Origin: Spirochaetaceae bacterium UBA5200
Lineage (GTDB): Bacteria; Spirochaetota; Spirochaetia; Treponematales; UBA12059
DNA length: 64,000 nt
Reading direction: 5' to 3'
NCBI GenBank assembly: GCA_002412825.1
Contig: DHVU01000009.1
Span: 35,323-99,322, forward strand
Of this stretch, positions 26,887 to 35,648 are shown in pieces (within the stretch, counting starts at the first letter, position 1; each line of letters opens with the position of its first letter). The notes under the pieces are model-generated. The model was given only the letters and a program-made list of their open reading frames with translations. It was not told the DNA's origin and did no database searches. A program made the translations under genes and the position numbers.

Positions 26887-27585
26887 CTAAGCCTGACCGG
26901 TGCTGCCTTCGGTAAGCATCTTCTGCTTAAGCTCCTCAAGCAGAAGGTCTGCTCCGGCGCCCGAGCTTTCGAGCTTGGCGAATTCCTTCTCTAGGGAGGA
27001 GGATTGCGAGAGGTCGGCAAGTTCCACGCTGGCCTCGGCCCGGGCTTCAAGCTCGTCCACCTTTTTAGCCATACGGTCAAAGGTATCAAACGCGCTCGTA
27101 TTGCCTGACATGGAGGTCAGGGTCTTCTGAATTTTCTGTTGAGCCTCAGCCCGCTTAGCGCGCGCTATGAGTATGTTCTTCTTACGGGCAGCTTCGTCGA
27201 TCTTATTCTGAAGCTGGCGCAGGGTTTCCTTAAGCTTCTCTACCGCGGCTTTCTGGCTCTCCCACTGGGGCTTGAGCTGCAGGTAGTAATTCTCGGCTTC
27301 CTGTTTGCGGAGCAGGGCCTCTTTGGCCAGGTCATCACGCCCCGCCTTAACGGCGATAACCGCTTTTCGTTCCCATTCCTCTACCTGGCGCTTCTGCTCC
27401 AGAAGCTCGCGTTCTATCTTCTTCTCGTCCGCTATGGCCATGGCTACGGATTTCTTGGACTCAATCATCTGCTGGTTCATATCGATGAGCAGCTGGTTAA
27501 GCATTTTTTCCGGATTCTCCGCCTTGGAGATCATATCGTTTATATTGGAGGATAAAACCGTCTTGAACCTATCAAAAATACCCAT
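26887..27585 (-). CDS. pspA: PspA/IM30 family protein
   Basis: MGIFDRFKTVLSSNINDMISKAENPEKMLNQLLIDMNQQ followed by a long coiled coil. GAGGAGG RBS. Confidence 0.9.
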   Translation of the reverse strand: MGIFDRFKTVLSSNINDMISKAENPEKMLNQLLIDMNQQMIESKKSVAMAIADEKKIERELLEQKRQVEEWERKAVIAVKAGRDDLAKEALLRKQEAENYYLQLKPQWESQKAAVEKLKETLRQLQNKIDEAARKKNILIARAKRAEAQQKIQKTLTSMSGNTSAFDTFDRMAKKVDELEARAEASVELADLSQSSSLEKEFAKLESSGAGADLLLEELKQKMLTEGSTGQA

Positions 27586-27602
27586 GCAGAGCCTCCTCTG
27601 AA

Positions 27603-27986
27603 TTAGTCCCGGTACTTACCGAGGACGGCATAATGCTTTGAAAGAGCCATCCCGACCGAGTCGAGGGCAGCTTCGAATTCATTCTTGTCCATATTATCAT
27701 ACTCAAGGGTGTCCACGAGTACGATATCGTCGCCGTCGATACCGTATGCGCCATGGAGTATATCCGTAGCGTTGAAACCGAGGAGCGTCTCAAGCAGCTG
27801 TATGTCTTTTACCTTAGGAAGCGCCATAACCTTGGTGCGTATAAAAACCACCGGCTCATCAATGGTTATAGCCACGCCGGGGAGGCCCCTCGTCTCGTCT
27901 TCCACGAAGAAGGTGTTCGGCGCTACTTCTTGGTAGGAAATATCAAGATCCATGAGGTACGATTCTACTTTGCTCATTCCCTGCAT
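27603..27986 (-). CDS. YbjN-domain (T3SS-chaperone-like fold) protein
   Basis: 127-aa acidic protein (ISYQEVAPNTFFVEDE...VVFIRTKVMALP...GAYGIDGDDIVLVDTLEYDNMD) resembling YbjN-family proteins, which often sit next to pspA. Confidence 0.6.
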   Translation of the reverse strand: MQGMSKVESYLMDLDISYQEVAPNTFFVEDETRGLPGVAITIDEPVVFIRTKVMALPKVKDIQLLETLLGFNATDILHGAYGIDGDDIVLVDTLEYDNMDKNEFEAALDSVGMALSKHYAVLGKYRD

Positions 27987-28050
27987 ACACTCACTCCTTG
28001 CGCGTAGTGTTCGCGATCAACCCCGGCCCTTAAGGACAGGGGCAACGCCT

Positions 28051-28602
28051 CTAGCCAAGGAATACTTGCCCGGAATTGTCGATCGCGAGGATGGTTTTAC
28101 ATTCTGAGCAACGGAAGCGGCCGGGCCTGGCGGCGCGGAGCTTTTTATTGCAGATAGGACAGGAGAAAATCTTGGGGAACACCGACTGCGTGTTCATTTG
28201 CGAACCCTGCTGGAAATACCCGACGGCCTCTTCAAGGTTGTCTTTGATATTGAAGAACTGCGAGAAGCCTAAAAGCTGAAAAACTTCGTATACCTTGGGC
28301 TGTATTTCAAGCAGGACGATATCACCGCTTCTGGGCTTTACGGCCTTTAAAAAAGCGGTAAAAGAGCCTATACCCGTAGAGGATACATAGTTTAGGCCGC
28401 CGCAATTAAAAACTAGCCTTGAGAAACCAGCGTCGATGGCCTTACCCACCCTCTTCTGGAAGAAATTAGAATTGTAGGTATCTATATACCCGGTAAGGAA
28501 GAGGGCAAGGCAGTTTTCTACATTCTCAAGTTTCTGGAGCCTGATTTTTAGGCTATCGTCCTTTTCGTCATCGAAGCCAGGAACGATATCGTTGTTGGTC
28601 AT
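28051..28602 (-). CDS. STAS-domain (anti-sigma-factor-antagonist-like) protein with a C-terminal CxxC...CxxC zinc ribbon
   Basis: STAS core LVFNCGGLNYVSSTGIGSFTAFL...LLEIQPKVYEVFQLLGFSQFF. Tail CPICNKKLRAARPGRFRCSECKTIL. Confidence 0.8.
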   Translation of the reverse strand: MTNNDIVPGFDDEKDDSLKIRLQKLENVENCLALFLTGYIDTYNSNFFQKRVGKAIDAGFSRLVFNCGGLNYVSSTGIGSFTAFLKAVKPRSGDIVLLEIQPKVYEVFQLLGFSQFFNIKDNLEEAVGYFQQGSQMNTQSVFPKIFSCPICNKKLRAARPGRFRCSECKTILAIDNSGQVFLG

Positions 28603-28648
28603 GGTACTCCTCTTCCAACGTACTACTTAGATCGTTGTATATCGTCCA

Positions 28649-28677
28649 ATTGTATGAACATAATAATTCACCGTCAA
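28649..28677 (-). promoter_or_regulatory. Strong sigma-70-type promoter of the STAS-ybjN-pspA operon
   Basis: The minus strand reads TTGACG-17 bp-TACAAT (-35 at 28677-28672, -10 at 28654-28649), about 45 nt upstream of ATG 28602. Confidence 0.5.
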
Positions 28678-28803
28678 TGCCCTGTCAAACAAGAGCTTAA
28701 AATATTACGGCAAAAGGCTGGACGACAAGCCCTCGACGTAATTTTCGGCTACTTAGGTCGAAAATTCCAGTCCTTCTTGCTTTTTTTTCCTAGCTAACTC
28801 GAC

Positions 28804-29562
28804 TTAGAGCGCATAAAGCCCCTCATCGGCGTTAATAAGCGCTCCATTATAGAGTTCCATAGCCCCGGAAAGCAGGCCTAGAGCCGCCTTTCCTAGCTCT
28901 TCCGGCAGTAGTAGTCTGCCTCGCGGGGCGCGAATAATCAAGCTTTCCCGCATGGTATCGCTAATATACTCCGTATCGACGAAGCCGGGGCATAAAACGG
29001 CGCAGGAAACGCCTCGATTGCTGTATTCCTGGGCCAGGGATTTAGCCAGGACCCCGAGGCCCGTCTTGGCCGCCGCGTAGGCGGCGTTGAGTTTATAGCC
29101 CCGAATCGCGTCCGTTCTCGTGCCGCCGAAGAATAAAATTCGCCCAAAACCGCGTACGGCCATGTGCCGAGCGGCGTTGGTAGACAGTATTCCGGGCAAC
29201 GCCAGATTAAGCAGGGCCATGTGCCGCCAATCCTCGTCGCTCGTATCCTCGAGGCTCTTATATACGAAGGGCCCATACGCAAGCACTAAAAGATCGGCCT
29301 CCTGAGCCTCTCTCAAGAGAGCCTCGGGAGGGTTCCCGCTGGCCAGATCCGCCAGTATGCCCCGAAGAGGCAAACCGGCAGGCCCGCGCGCGGCGCAGGA
29401 ACTGAGCGCCGCGTCCAGTCGATCCTGGTTTCTGCCGTGCAAACAGAGCGCGACGCCCTCCGCGGCAAGGGCCTCCGCCACGGCTTTTCCTATGCCGCCG
29501 CTTGCGCCGATAATGAGGGCGTGTTTCCCTGCTATGCTCGTTTCCAATCGCGTGTGCATCAT
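28804..29562 (-). CDS. Short-chain dehydrogenase/reductase (SDR)
   Basis: Cofactor motif IIGASGGIGKAV and catalytic YAAAK. Confidence 0.9.
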   Translation of the reverse strand: MMHTRLETSIAGKHALIIGASGGIGKAVAEALAAEGVALCLHGRNQDRLDAALSSCAARGPAGLPLRGILADLASGNPPEALLREAQEADLLVLAYGPFVYKSLEDTSDEDWRHMALLNLALPGILSTNAARHMAVRGFGRILFFGGTRTDAIRGYKLNAAYAAAKTGLGVLAKSLAQEYSNRGVSCAVLCPGFVDTEYISDTMRESLIIRAPRGRLLLPEELGKAALGLLSGAMELYNGALINADEGLYAL

Positions 29563-29622
29563 GGCTCTTCAAACTATATCCTTTATTGGCTAGCATGGGC
29601 AAACAAAATATAGGAGGCGGGT

Positions 29623-30378
29623 ATGGATACCGAGCTTTCCAGGCGTTTTCGCGCCGTGCTCTGCAGGGCCGAGGGAGCCGTCAATGTCGGCTCCTGCTGC
29701 AGAGCCCTCAAAACGATGGGCTTTGACGCGCTTTCGCTCGCGGATTGCCCCGCATTCGACGAGGATACCGTGCGTAGCTATGCGCTCGCCTCGTATGGCA
29801 TCTACGAAAAAGCGGAACGCTTTGCCAGCCTGGAAGAGGCGCTGGCTAGCGCTACCATAGCCGTAGGCGTATCAAGGCGGACGGGTAAAAAGCGCAAGGA
29901 GAGCCTCGTGCTCACGGACTTCGCGGCCTCGTATATCGGCTACCAGGGCAGCGTGGCCATGGTTTTCGGCAATGAGCGGGACGGCCTCTCCGACCGCGAG
30001 CTTTCCGTATGCGATGTAGCGCTTCACATACCCAGTTCAGAGCTTTTCCCCTCGCTCAACCTATCGCATGCTGTACAAGTGGTGTTTTGGGAACTCAGGC
30101 GCGCCGAGCTCGCGGCTTCTGCCCGGCTGGGCGCTGCTATGGTGCCGGCTAGAGCCGCCCATACGGAATCAGGAGCCGCCCGAAGCCGTACGCGCGCGCG
30201 CGCTAAATCAATAGCGGATAAGCTCCAGGAGGCGGGTTTTTATAAAATAGCCGGACGTCCCGAGAGCGAGGCTTTTTTGGCCGAGCTTATGGCGCGCGCC
30301 GCCTTGAGCGAAGCCGAACTTGATCGCTTCGAAGGCCTGTTCAGTAAATTAGCCGCTCTTGAAGCGCAGCGCGGCTAA
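29623..30378 (+). CDS. SpoU/TrmH-class RNA 2'-O-methyltransferase, TrmJ-like
   Basis: NVGSCCRALKTMGF, VFGNERDGLS and IPSSELFPSLNLSHAVQVVFWEL motifs, plus a C-terminal extension as in TrmJ. Confidence 0.8.
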   Translation: MDTELSRRFRAVLCRAEGAVNVGSCCRALKTMGFDALSLADCPAFDEDTVRSYALASYGIYEKAERFASLEEALASATIAVGVSRRTGKKRKESLVLTDFAASYIGYQGSVAMVFGNERDGLSDRELSVCDVALHIPSSELFPSLNLSHAVQVVFWELRRAELAASARLGAAMVPARAAHTESGAARSRTRARAKSIADKLQEAGFYKIAGRPESEAFLAELMARAALSEAELDRFEGLFSKLAALEAQRG

Positions 30379-30445
30379 ATAGTTCTTTTTTAAAGGCGGC
30401 TTGACCAGGAAGCCGCCGGGGGCTACCCTTCTCGTGGAGGCCAGC

Positions 30446-30907
30446 ATGAAACCTGTGCTTTTCTGTGCCCTAATCGCCCTTGCGGCCATGAGCGCCGCGT
30501 TTGCTCAAGACCAGGCACTGGGCGACAGCCAGTACAACGGCACCCTGGTCCTGAATAGCTCGCTCATCGACCTAGCCAGCCTCGCCCAATCGGGAGAGGC
30601 TGCCCTGCGCGACTTTACCCGCGGCAAAGCCTTCCTGCTCTTCGGCAGCCTTTCCAAGCCTATACAAAGCGACGCGACAGGCTATGAGGCGATAATGGAG
30701 TTTACCGAAGGCCGCTGGATAGGCAGCTCACGCATAGAACTGTACCGTATCTTCCTCAAACTCTCAGGCAGCGAGTATGAAGCCCTGTCCGGGATAACGG
30801 TAGGCACCAGGGCGGCCGTGCTCATCGACGGAGCCGTCGTGCAGCCCGGCCCCGACGGCAAGCCTGCCGTGTACGCTAGCGCCCGATCGGTACGCGTGCT
30901 TCGCTGA
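30446..30907 (+). CDS. Hypothetical secreted protein
   Basis: ATG 30446 gives the signal peptide MKPVLFCALIALAAMSAAFAQ. No family recognised. Confidence 0.55.
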   Translation: MKPVLFCALIALAAMSAAFAQDQALGDSQYNGTLVLNSSLIDLASLAQSGEAALRDFTRGKAFLLFGSLSKPIQSDATGYEAIMEFTEGRWIGSSRIELYRIFLKLSGSEYEALSGITVGTRAAVLIDGAVVQPGPDGKPAVYASARSVRVLR

Positions 30908-30943
30908 TCCTGCGCCCAGCGTATGCCTGCGCGGCAGCCGGGC

Positions 30944-32146
30944 TCAGCGCAGGAGGCTACGCTGGCCAAGGCCGCACGAAGCGCTCCGGTTACGCTCGAT
31001 ATCCTCGCCGACTATGAGCCTTCGTTCCATGCTCAACACGGCGACCCGGTTTATCAGGTTTTTAAGCTCCCGCACGTTACCAGGCCAGTGCCAGGCCTCG
31101 AGCGCCAGGAGCGCCGACTCGTCGAAGGCCTTTTCCGGCGCGACCTCAGCCAGGAAGGCACGAGCGAGCAAGGGTATGTCTTCTGGATGATTTCGCAGGG
31201 CGGGCAGCCGCAAGGTAAGCACATTCAGGCGGTTTAAGAGCTCGGGCCTAAACGCCTTAGGATCATCAAGCAAAGGCGCGTTGGTGGCTGAAAGCACCCT
31301 GACATCATAGGAGCGCGACTCGCTCGAACCCATGCGCGTTCCGCTTCGATTCTCAATGGCCCGCAGCAGTTTCGGCTGAACGCTCAGCGGGAGCTCTCCA
31401 ATCTCATCCAGGAACAAGGTCCCTCCCTGTGCCGCCTCAAAGTGCCCCTGCCGCTCCACGGCGCCGGTAAAGGCCCCTTTAGCGGTGCCGAACAGTTCGC
31501 TTTCTGCGAGCTGCTCAGGAATGGATGCGCAGTTAACCGCGATAAAGGGCTTGGTTTTACGTACCGAGCGCGCATGGATCTCCGCCGCGGCCAATTCTTT
31601 GCCTGTGCCGCTCTCCCCCACGATCAGCACGGGCATGTCGTGCCTTGCATAGAGTTCCGCGGTACGCAAAAGCTCGTGTATAGCCATGCTCGTGCCTAAG
31701 AACCTTGGACTAGCAACCCTATCGATGGTATCGCCTTGCTGCAAACTCCGGGAATAGGGGTCGCGGGCATCCAGCGCGGCCCCTAGCCGCCAAGCTATTG
31801 CCGCCCGCAAGGTGCTCACGAGCAACCGGGGCTCAAAGGGCTTGATTATGAAGGAACTAGCCCCCGCGTGCACCAACTCGACGACCGCCTGAGCCTCAAG
31901 CTCGGGCAAGGCGGCCACGATAGCCGGATTATGGAGGCTCTTGTGTAGAATATCCAAAGGATAGGCATACGGGCCGAGGGTAGCAGGGCCTATATCCAGC
32001 AGCACCGCGTCGAAAGGCCGTCCCTTCCAAGCAGCCAAAGCCGCTTCCACGGAGGGGCACAGCTCAAGCTCAAAGCTCCGTGCGAGCAAGGATCGCGCCA
32101 TCAATGACGATTCGGGATCTGAATCGACTACCAGTATTTTTTTCAT
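30944..32146 (-). CDS. Sigma-54-dependent response regulator (receiver plus AAA+), lacking the C-terminal HTH
   Basis: MKKILVVDSDPES...AVLLDIGP receiver. AAA+ with VGESGTGKE, ESELFGTAKGAFTGA and FLDEIGELP. The protein ends about 25 aa after WPGNVRELKN, so there is no room for a Fis-type HTH. ATG 32146; the upstream ORF extension looks non-coding. Confidence 0.88.
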   Translation of the reverse strand: MKKILVVDSDPESSLMARSLLARSFELELCPSVEAALAAWKGRPFDAVLLDIGPATLGPYAYPLDILHKSLHNPAIVAALPELEAQAVVELVHAGASSFIIKPFEPRLLVSTLRAAIAWRLGAALDARDPYSRSLQQGDTIDRVASPRFLGTSMAIHELLRTAELYARHDMPVLIVGESGTGKELAAAEIHARSVRKTKPFIAVNCASIPEQLAESELFGTAKGAFTGAVERQGHFEAAQGGTLFLDEIGELPLSVQPKLLRAIENRSGTRMGSSESRSYDVRVLSATNAPLLDDPKAFRPELLNRLNVLTLRLPALRNHPEDIPLLARAFLAEVAPEKAFDESALLALEAWHWPGNVRELKNLINRVAVLSMERRLIVGEDIERNRSASCGLGQRSLLR

Positions 32147-32327
32147 TGTTATACCGCGAGTATAGCACTGTTTCTTTTTTATAGCCAAAATAATTGTTAA
32201 AAAGCGTATATATAGAGAGAAGTTTACGATTTTCGGTTGCGAATCGGTCATTGTTCTTGTAGGCTTAATCAAGTAAAATCGAAACTCATAAAGTATGGCC
32301 CCACGGGGTCTTCAAGAGGAAGCACGA

Positions 32328-33854
32328 ATGGCTGGAAATGAACTGGTAGTAGACGTAGCTAAGATAAAAAAGGCCGCCCACAGCGCAATACCCCTCACTA
32401 TAACCACCTATACCCTGCCGCATGAGATAGAAGTGTATATCGAGTCGGTGCTCGAAGTATTCCTGAGCGAGCTGGGGCAGGCAAAAATTAAAGACTATCT
32501 GGTATATTGCCTGCGCGAGCTGGCGGTAAACGCCAAGAAGGCCAATACTAAGCGCGTATACTTCGAGACGCGCAATCTGGACTTGAACGACCCCTCGGAA
32601 TACGAAGAGGGCATGAATAGCTTTAAAAGCGATACCCTTGAAAACATTAACTACTATCTTCAGAAGCAAAAAGAGAAACAATACTACGTAAAGGTCATAT
32701 TCCAAGCACGCGGATCGAACGTGGTTCTTGAGGTGCGCAACAACTCCCAGCTCAACCGCACCGAGTACATGCGCATCCAGGACAAGCTGGCCCGCTCACG
32801 GAAGTACACCTCCCTTGAGGAAGCCATGGCCCAGGTGCTCGATTCCAGCGAAGGCGCCGGTTTAGGCCTGGTCATCCTGGTGCTCATGCTTAAGAAAATG
32901 GGCCTGGACGAGGATTGCTTTGACATACGGGTGGACAGCGGCGAAACCGTAGCCCGCATTACCGTTCCGGTGAACGCCACCAAGATAGAAAGCCTCTCCA
33001 CCCTTACCGACGAAATCGTCCGCCGCATAAGCGGGCTGCCGCAGTTCCCCGAGAACATCCTAGCCATTCAGCGCCTGATCGGGGACCCTAAGAGCGAGAT
33101 GATAGAGATAGCCAGGCACATATCCACCGACCCCGCCATGACGGCCGACCTCTTAAAGCTCGTCAATTCGGCGCAGTTTATGTTGCCCAGGCGCGTAGAC
33201 AATATCGTGGACGCGGTGAAGCTCGTAGGCCTGCGGGGCATCAAGAACCTGCTCTTTTCCTACGGCTCTCAGAAAATCCTCGCCGGCGAGCATGGCATGG
33301 ACCAGAAAGCCCTCTGGGACCATAGCTACCGTTGCGCCTATTACGCCTATAACTTGGCCAAAAACTTCAAATCCTCAAACAGGCCCCTCCAGGACGACGC
33401 CTACGTAGGCGGCATGCTCCACGATATGGGCAAAATTATCTTCAGCGCCGTGCATCCGGAACTGCTTACCCATATACGCTCCTTCTGCCGCAGCAAGGGC
33501 ATAGACGAGAAGACCTTTGAGGACCTGTCCGGCGGCATGAACCACGCCGAGATAGGCGCTCGCGTGGCGGAGAAGTGGAATTTCCCCGAATCGCTCGTGG
33601 CGGCCATACGCTACCACCACGAACCCGGCCTTATGACCACCGACCACAAGGACGTGGCCTTTACCGTGTATCTGGCCAACGCCTTCTGCGAGTACGAAAC
33701 CGGCGGCATGACCTTCGATCAGATCGAGATGCTGGTGCTGCAGGACTACGGCTTCCAGAGCGAAAAGCAGTTCGCCAAGACCGTGGAGCAATTCGGCGAG
33801 GGTTTCAGGCAGGAAACGATTAAGCAGCGGGAAGCGGCCAGCAAATCCTATTAA
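32328..33854 (+). CDS. GHKL-ATPase-like N-terminal domain fused to an HDOD domain
   Basis: N-box-like LRELAVNAKKAN and G-box-like DSSEGAGLGLVIL. HDOD region: LPQFPENILAIQRLIGDP...DPAMTADLLKLVNSAQF...GGMLHDMGKIIF...HHEP. Confidence 0.75.
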   Translation: MAGNELVVDVAKIKKAAHSAIPLTITTYTLPHEIEVYIESVLEVFLSELGQAKIKDYLVYCLRELAVNAKKANTKRVYFETRNLDLNDPSEYEEGMNSFKSDTLENINYYLQKQKEKQYYVKVIFQARGSNVVLEVRNNSQLNRTEYMRIQDKLARSRKYTSLEEAMAQVLDSSEGAGLGLVILVLMLKKMGLDEDCFDIRVDSGETVARITVPVNATKIESLSTLTDEIVRRISGLPQFPENILAIQRLIGDPKSEMIEIARHISTDPAMTADLLKLVNSAQFMLPRRVDNIVDAVKLVGLRGIKNLLFSYGSQKILAGEHGMDQKALWDHSYRCAYYAYNLAKNFKSSNRPLQDDAYVGGMLHDMGKIIFSAVHPELLTHIRSFCRSKGIDEKTFEDLSGGMNHAEIGARVAEKWNFPESLVAAIRYHHEPGLMTTDHKDVAFTVYLANAFCEYETGGMTFDQIEMLVLQDYGFQSEKQFAKTVEQFGEGFRQETIKQREAASKSY

Positions 33855-33865
33855 GCCCGCTTATT

Positions 33866-35494
33866 TTATAGCTCTAGCCGGCGCTCATGGCCGGCTTGCT
33901 CACGCCGAGCGTACAGGTAAAAAACCCCGCCCAGGGCCACTACGGCTAATATCTGGTACCACAGCCAGTAGGGTAGCCCCATCAAGGCGCGCCGCTCCCA
34001 GCCAGGCCGCGTAAAGCTCCAGAAATCTATACCTGCTACGCACATGAGCAGGAAAACAAACGACCAGCCGCGCGAAAACGGCGGCCGCGAAGCTAGCGGC
34101 GCTCTCCGCACATTTGGGCCAAAACGCCGCAAGACCCATGCCAGGGCTAAAATGGCCGCCTGCACGCCGGCATTGAAGAACACCGCGGGCAGAGGCGGCA
34201 CGAAGGCGCCGGAAGACTGCAGCAGCACGAGCGCCGCCCCGGCGACGAGAGCGGCGGCGGCTCCGGCCGCCCCCACCCCAGGCGCATAGAGCGCCGCCAG
34301 CGCTACGGGAGCCAAGCTCGCATAGCCGGGAAAAGCGGCACGATTCAAGAACGACAGCATGGCTTCGGGCGGCCGCAACGATACGAGCCAGGCCGCGAAG
34401 GCCAGCGCCGCGCCGGCCAAGGCCGTGCGCCGCGCGCTATCGCCGTTTTTAGGCAGCAGATCCGCGCTGAGCATGGAGGCGCAGGAGAGGAGCTGGCTGT
34501 CCATCGTAGACATGAGCGCGGCGAGCGCGGCAATGGAGAAGAGCGGCGCCCAGAGAGGGCCGGCAAGGCTCTGCGTTAGCATGGTAAACACGCCGTCCGA
34601 CTGGGCCGCCGAAAGCCCCGGCGCAAGCGAGCGGCCGAGCACCCCGATTGCGCTCATGGGCAGGAAGACCGCAAGGAGCACGAAGGGATAGGCCGCCATG
34701 CTCCGCAGCAGGGCGGCGTCTGACTTTGCGGCGAAGAAGCGCTGCATGAAATGCGGAAACATGGGATCGGCTAGGCTCCACAGCGCATAGTAGCCCGCAA
34801 GCGCCGGCCAGCCCAAAGAACCATCGGCCCCTGAACGGGCCGTCGCGCCACGGTCGGCTGCCACGAGCAGGGCCGTATCCGGCTTTAAAGCCGCAGCCAC
34901 GATAATAGCCGCGGCGGCCAGTCCTAAGATAAGCAGCGCGGCCAATTGCGCGATATCGGTTTTTACCACGGCCTTAAGGCCGCCCCTGAACACATACAAG
35001 CTCACCACGGCCACGAGAAGGGCGGAAGAGAGCGGAGCGCTCAGCCCGGTGGCCCCTGCTATGAGCCTGCCGCCCGCACTGGCCTGTATAGCCAGATAGG
35101 GAAGGGTAAACGCCAGCGACAGGGCGGAGAACAGCCGTCCCAATCCCTTGCTGTTATATCGCGCGCTTATGAAGTCGCCCGGCGTTATCCACGAGCCTTC
35201 GGCCGCCAGCCTGCGAAGAGGCAGGCCTATATAGGCAAAAGATAAGGCCATAAAGGCGGTGCCGAAGGCCATTACCGGGAAGAAGGCCCAGCCTAAGCGG
35301 TAGGACGCGCCCGATACGCCGAAGACGGTAAAGGCGGACAGATTCGACGCGGCAAGCGTGGCGAAGAGGGCTAGCCCTGAGAGTCGCCGCCCGGCAAGGC
35401 TGAATTCCGCTGCGCTGGCCTTATTCCCGCGCTTAAGGGCAAAGAGGCCACTCAACGCCACGAATGCTACTACTATGATAGAAGAAATAGACAC
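33866..35494 (-). CDS. Sodium:solute symporter (SSS) family transporter
   Basis: About 13 TM helices. N-terminus ...AEFSLAGRRLSG is typical of SSS proteins. No ATG is available, so the start is probably GTG 35494 or TTG 35497. The upstream part of ORF 33866..35737 is R-rich and non-coding-like. Confidence 0.7.
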   Translation of the reverse strand: MSISSIIVVAFVALSGLFALKRGNKASAAEFSLAGRRLSGLALFATLAASNLSAFTVFGVSGASYRLGWAFFPVMAFGTAFMALSFAYIGLPLRRLAAEGSWITPGDFISARYNSKGLGRLFSALSLAFTLPYLAIQASAGGRLIAGATGLSAPLSSALLVAVVSLYVFRGGLKAVVKTDIAQLAALLILGLAAAAIIVAAALKPDTALLVAADRGATARSGADGSLGWPALAGYYALWSLADPMFPHFMQRFFAAKSDAALLRSMAAYPFVLLAVFLPMSAIGVLGRSLAPGLSAAQSDGVFTMLTQSLAGPLWAPLFSIAALAALMSTMDSQLLSCASMLSADLLPKNGDSARRTALAGAALAFAAWLVSLRPPEAMLSFLNRAAFPGYASLAPVALAALYAPGVGAAGAAAALVAGAALVLLQSSGAFVPPLPAVFFNAGVQAAILALAWVLRRFGPNVRRAPLASRPPFSRGWSFVFLLMCVAGIDFWSFTRPGWERRALMGLPYWLWYQILAVVALGGVFYLYARREQAGHERRLEL

Positions 35495-35648
35495 CAAGAT
35501 CCCCCGTGAGTACTCATATGGAGGCCTGGATGGCTCCTCTCGGAACCTATAGCGGAAACGCCCGTTCCGCGCATTGCCGCTCTGTAAAACGCATGCTAGG
35601 CGTAGGCAGTTTCTATCATGGCGGCGGCTATTCTGTACATAGCCGCGG

